Assembly: GCA_965198365.1 (NCBI GenBank) | Contig: OZ240617.1 | Location: 835,938-899,937 of the forward strand | DNA length: 64,000 nt | Direction: 5' to 3' | Source of the DNA: Candidatus Aldehydirespiratoraceae bacterium | Lineage (GTDB): Bacteria; Actinomycetota; Acidimicrobiia; Acidimicrobiales; Aldehydirespiratoraceae | Shown: positions 63,965 to 64,000 of the stretch, piece by piece | Numbering within the stretch: position 1 is the stretch's first letter | How the letters are laid out: the number at the start of each line of letters is the position of its first letter | Made by a program: the position numbers and the translations under genes | The notes under the pieces: model-generated | The model's input: only the letters and a program-made list of their open reading frames with translations | Databases searched by the model: none | Told to the model about the DNA's origin: nothing

Positions 63965-64000
63965 GCCCGAAGTGCCCTCCATGAGGGCTCGGGCTTCTTT
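63965..64000 (+). terminator. candidate intrinsic terminator (plus strand), cut by the window end
   Basis: GCCCGA-agt-GCCCTC-cat-GAGGGC-TCGGGC forms a 12-bp stem with a 3-nt bulge and 3-nt loop, followed by TTCTTT. Confidence 0.4.

Noticed and set aside
1-64000. Search for tRNA, rRNA, tmRNA and RNase P genes in the intergenic regions.
   Set aside because: No T-loop-like GGTTCGAATCC-type motifs or cloverleaf-sized structured segments were seen outside coding regions. A proper tRNAscan/Infernal run is still needed to exclude small RNAs.

Overview
High-GC, densely coding chromosomal segment. The gene content looks Actinomycetota-like (DUF3039, AdnAB/AddAB-type helicase-nuclease, men operon, probable leaderless genes), but that taxonomic call is inference only. 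I support about 57 protein genes. By eye I found no rRNA, tRNA, CRISPR array, transposase or integrase.

Most of the window is core or catabolic metabolism:
- 3-hydroxyacyl-CoA dehydrogenase, acetoacetyl-CoA synthetase, two other acyl-CoA ligases, two P450s, a crotonase and a MarR regulator
- an HMGCS-like/DUF35 + thiolase + two acyl-CoA dehydrogenases block, a double CoA-transferase, MaoC, an SDR and two amidohydrolases
- a menF-menD-menH-menC menaquinone operon
- psuG, surE, an ABC-F ATPase, inositol-3-phosphate synthase, and transporters (RarD, SulP, MFS)

Accessory content is five putative toxin-antitoxin modules: Panacea + unknown partner, DUF433/DUF5615, RelB/RelE, Phd/VapC and an unknown/ParE-like pair. 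There is also a DUF4143 AAA ATPase and a ~4 kb insert encoding two surface proteins.

Nothing here is a clear new multi-gene system. The observations most worth a second look:
1. A short repeat core that recurs in frame inside two unrelated enzymes (FadD-like ligase, MenD) and also in an intergenic spacer. It sits within a general excess of in-frame tandem duplications.
2. A MerR-HTH::isochorismate synthase fusion, preceded by a perfect 9-bp dyad that overlaps a TATAAT box.
3. A ~4 kb insert bracketed by diverged direct repeats of half a PIN-like toxin gene, with ~71-nt inverted repeats flanking an FN3-like gene.
4. A 12-bp x5 palindrome array between the divergent marR and P450 genes.
5. A cysteine-free HMGCS-like/DUF35 fusion next to a thiolase.
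6. A very AT-rich 180-bp island followed by a structured leader.
7. A Panacea-domain antitoxin coupled to an unrecognisable partner.

All family calls come from motif recognition by eye; no database search was possible.
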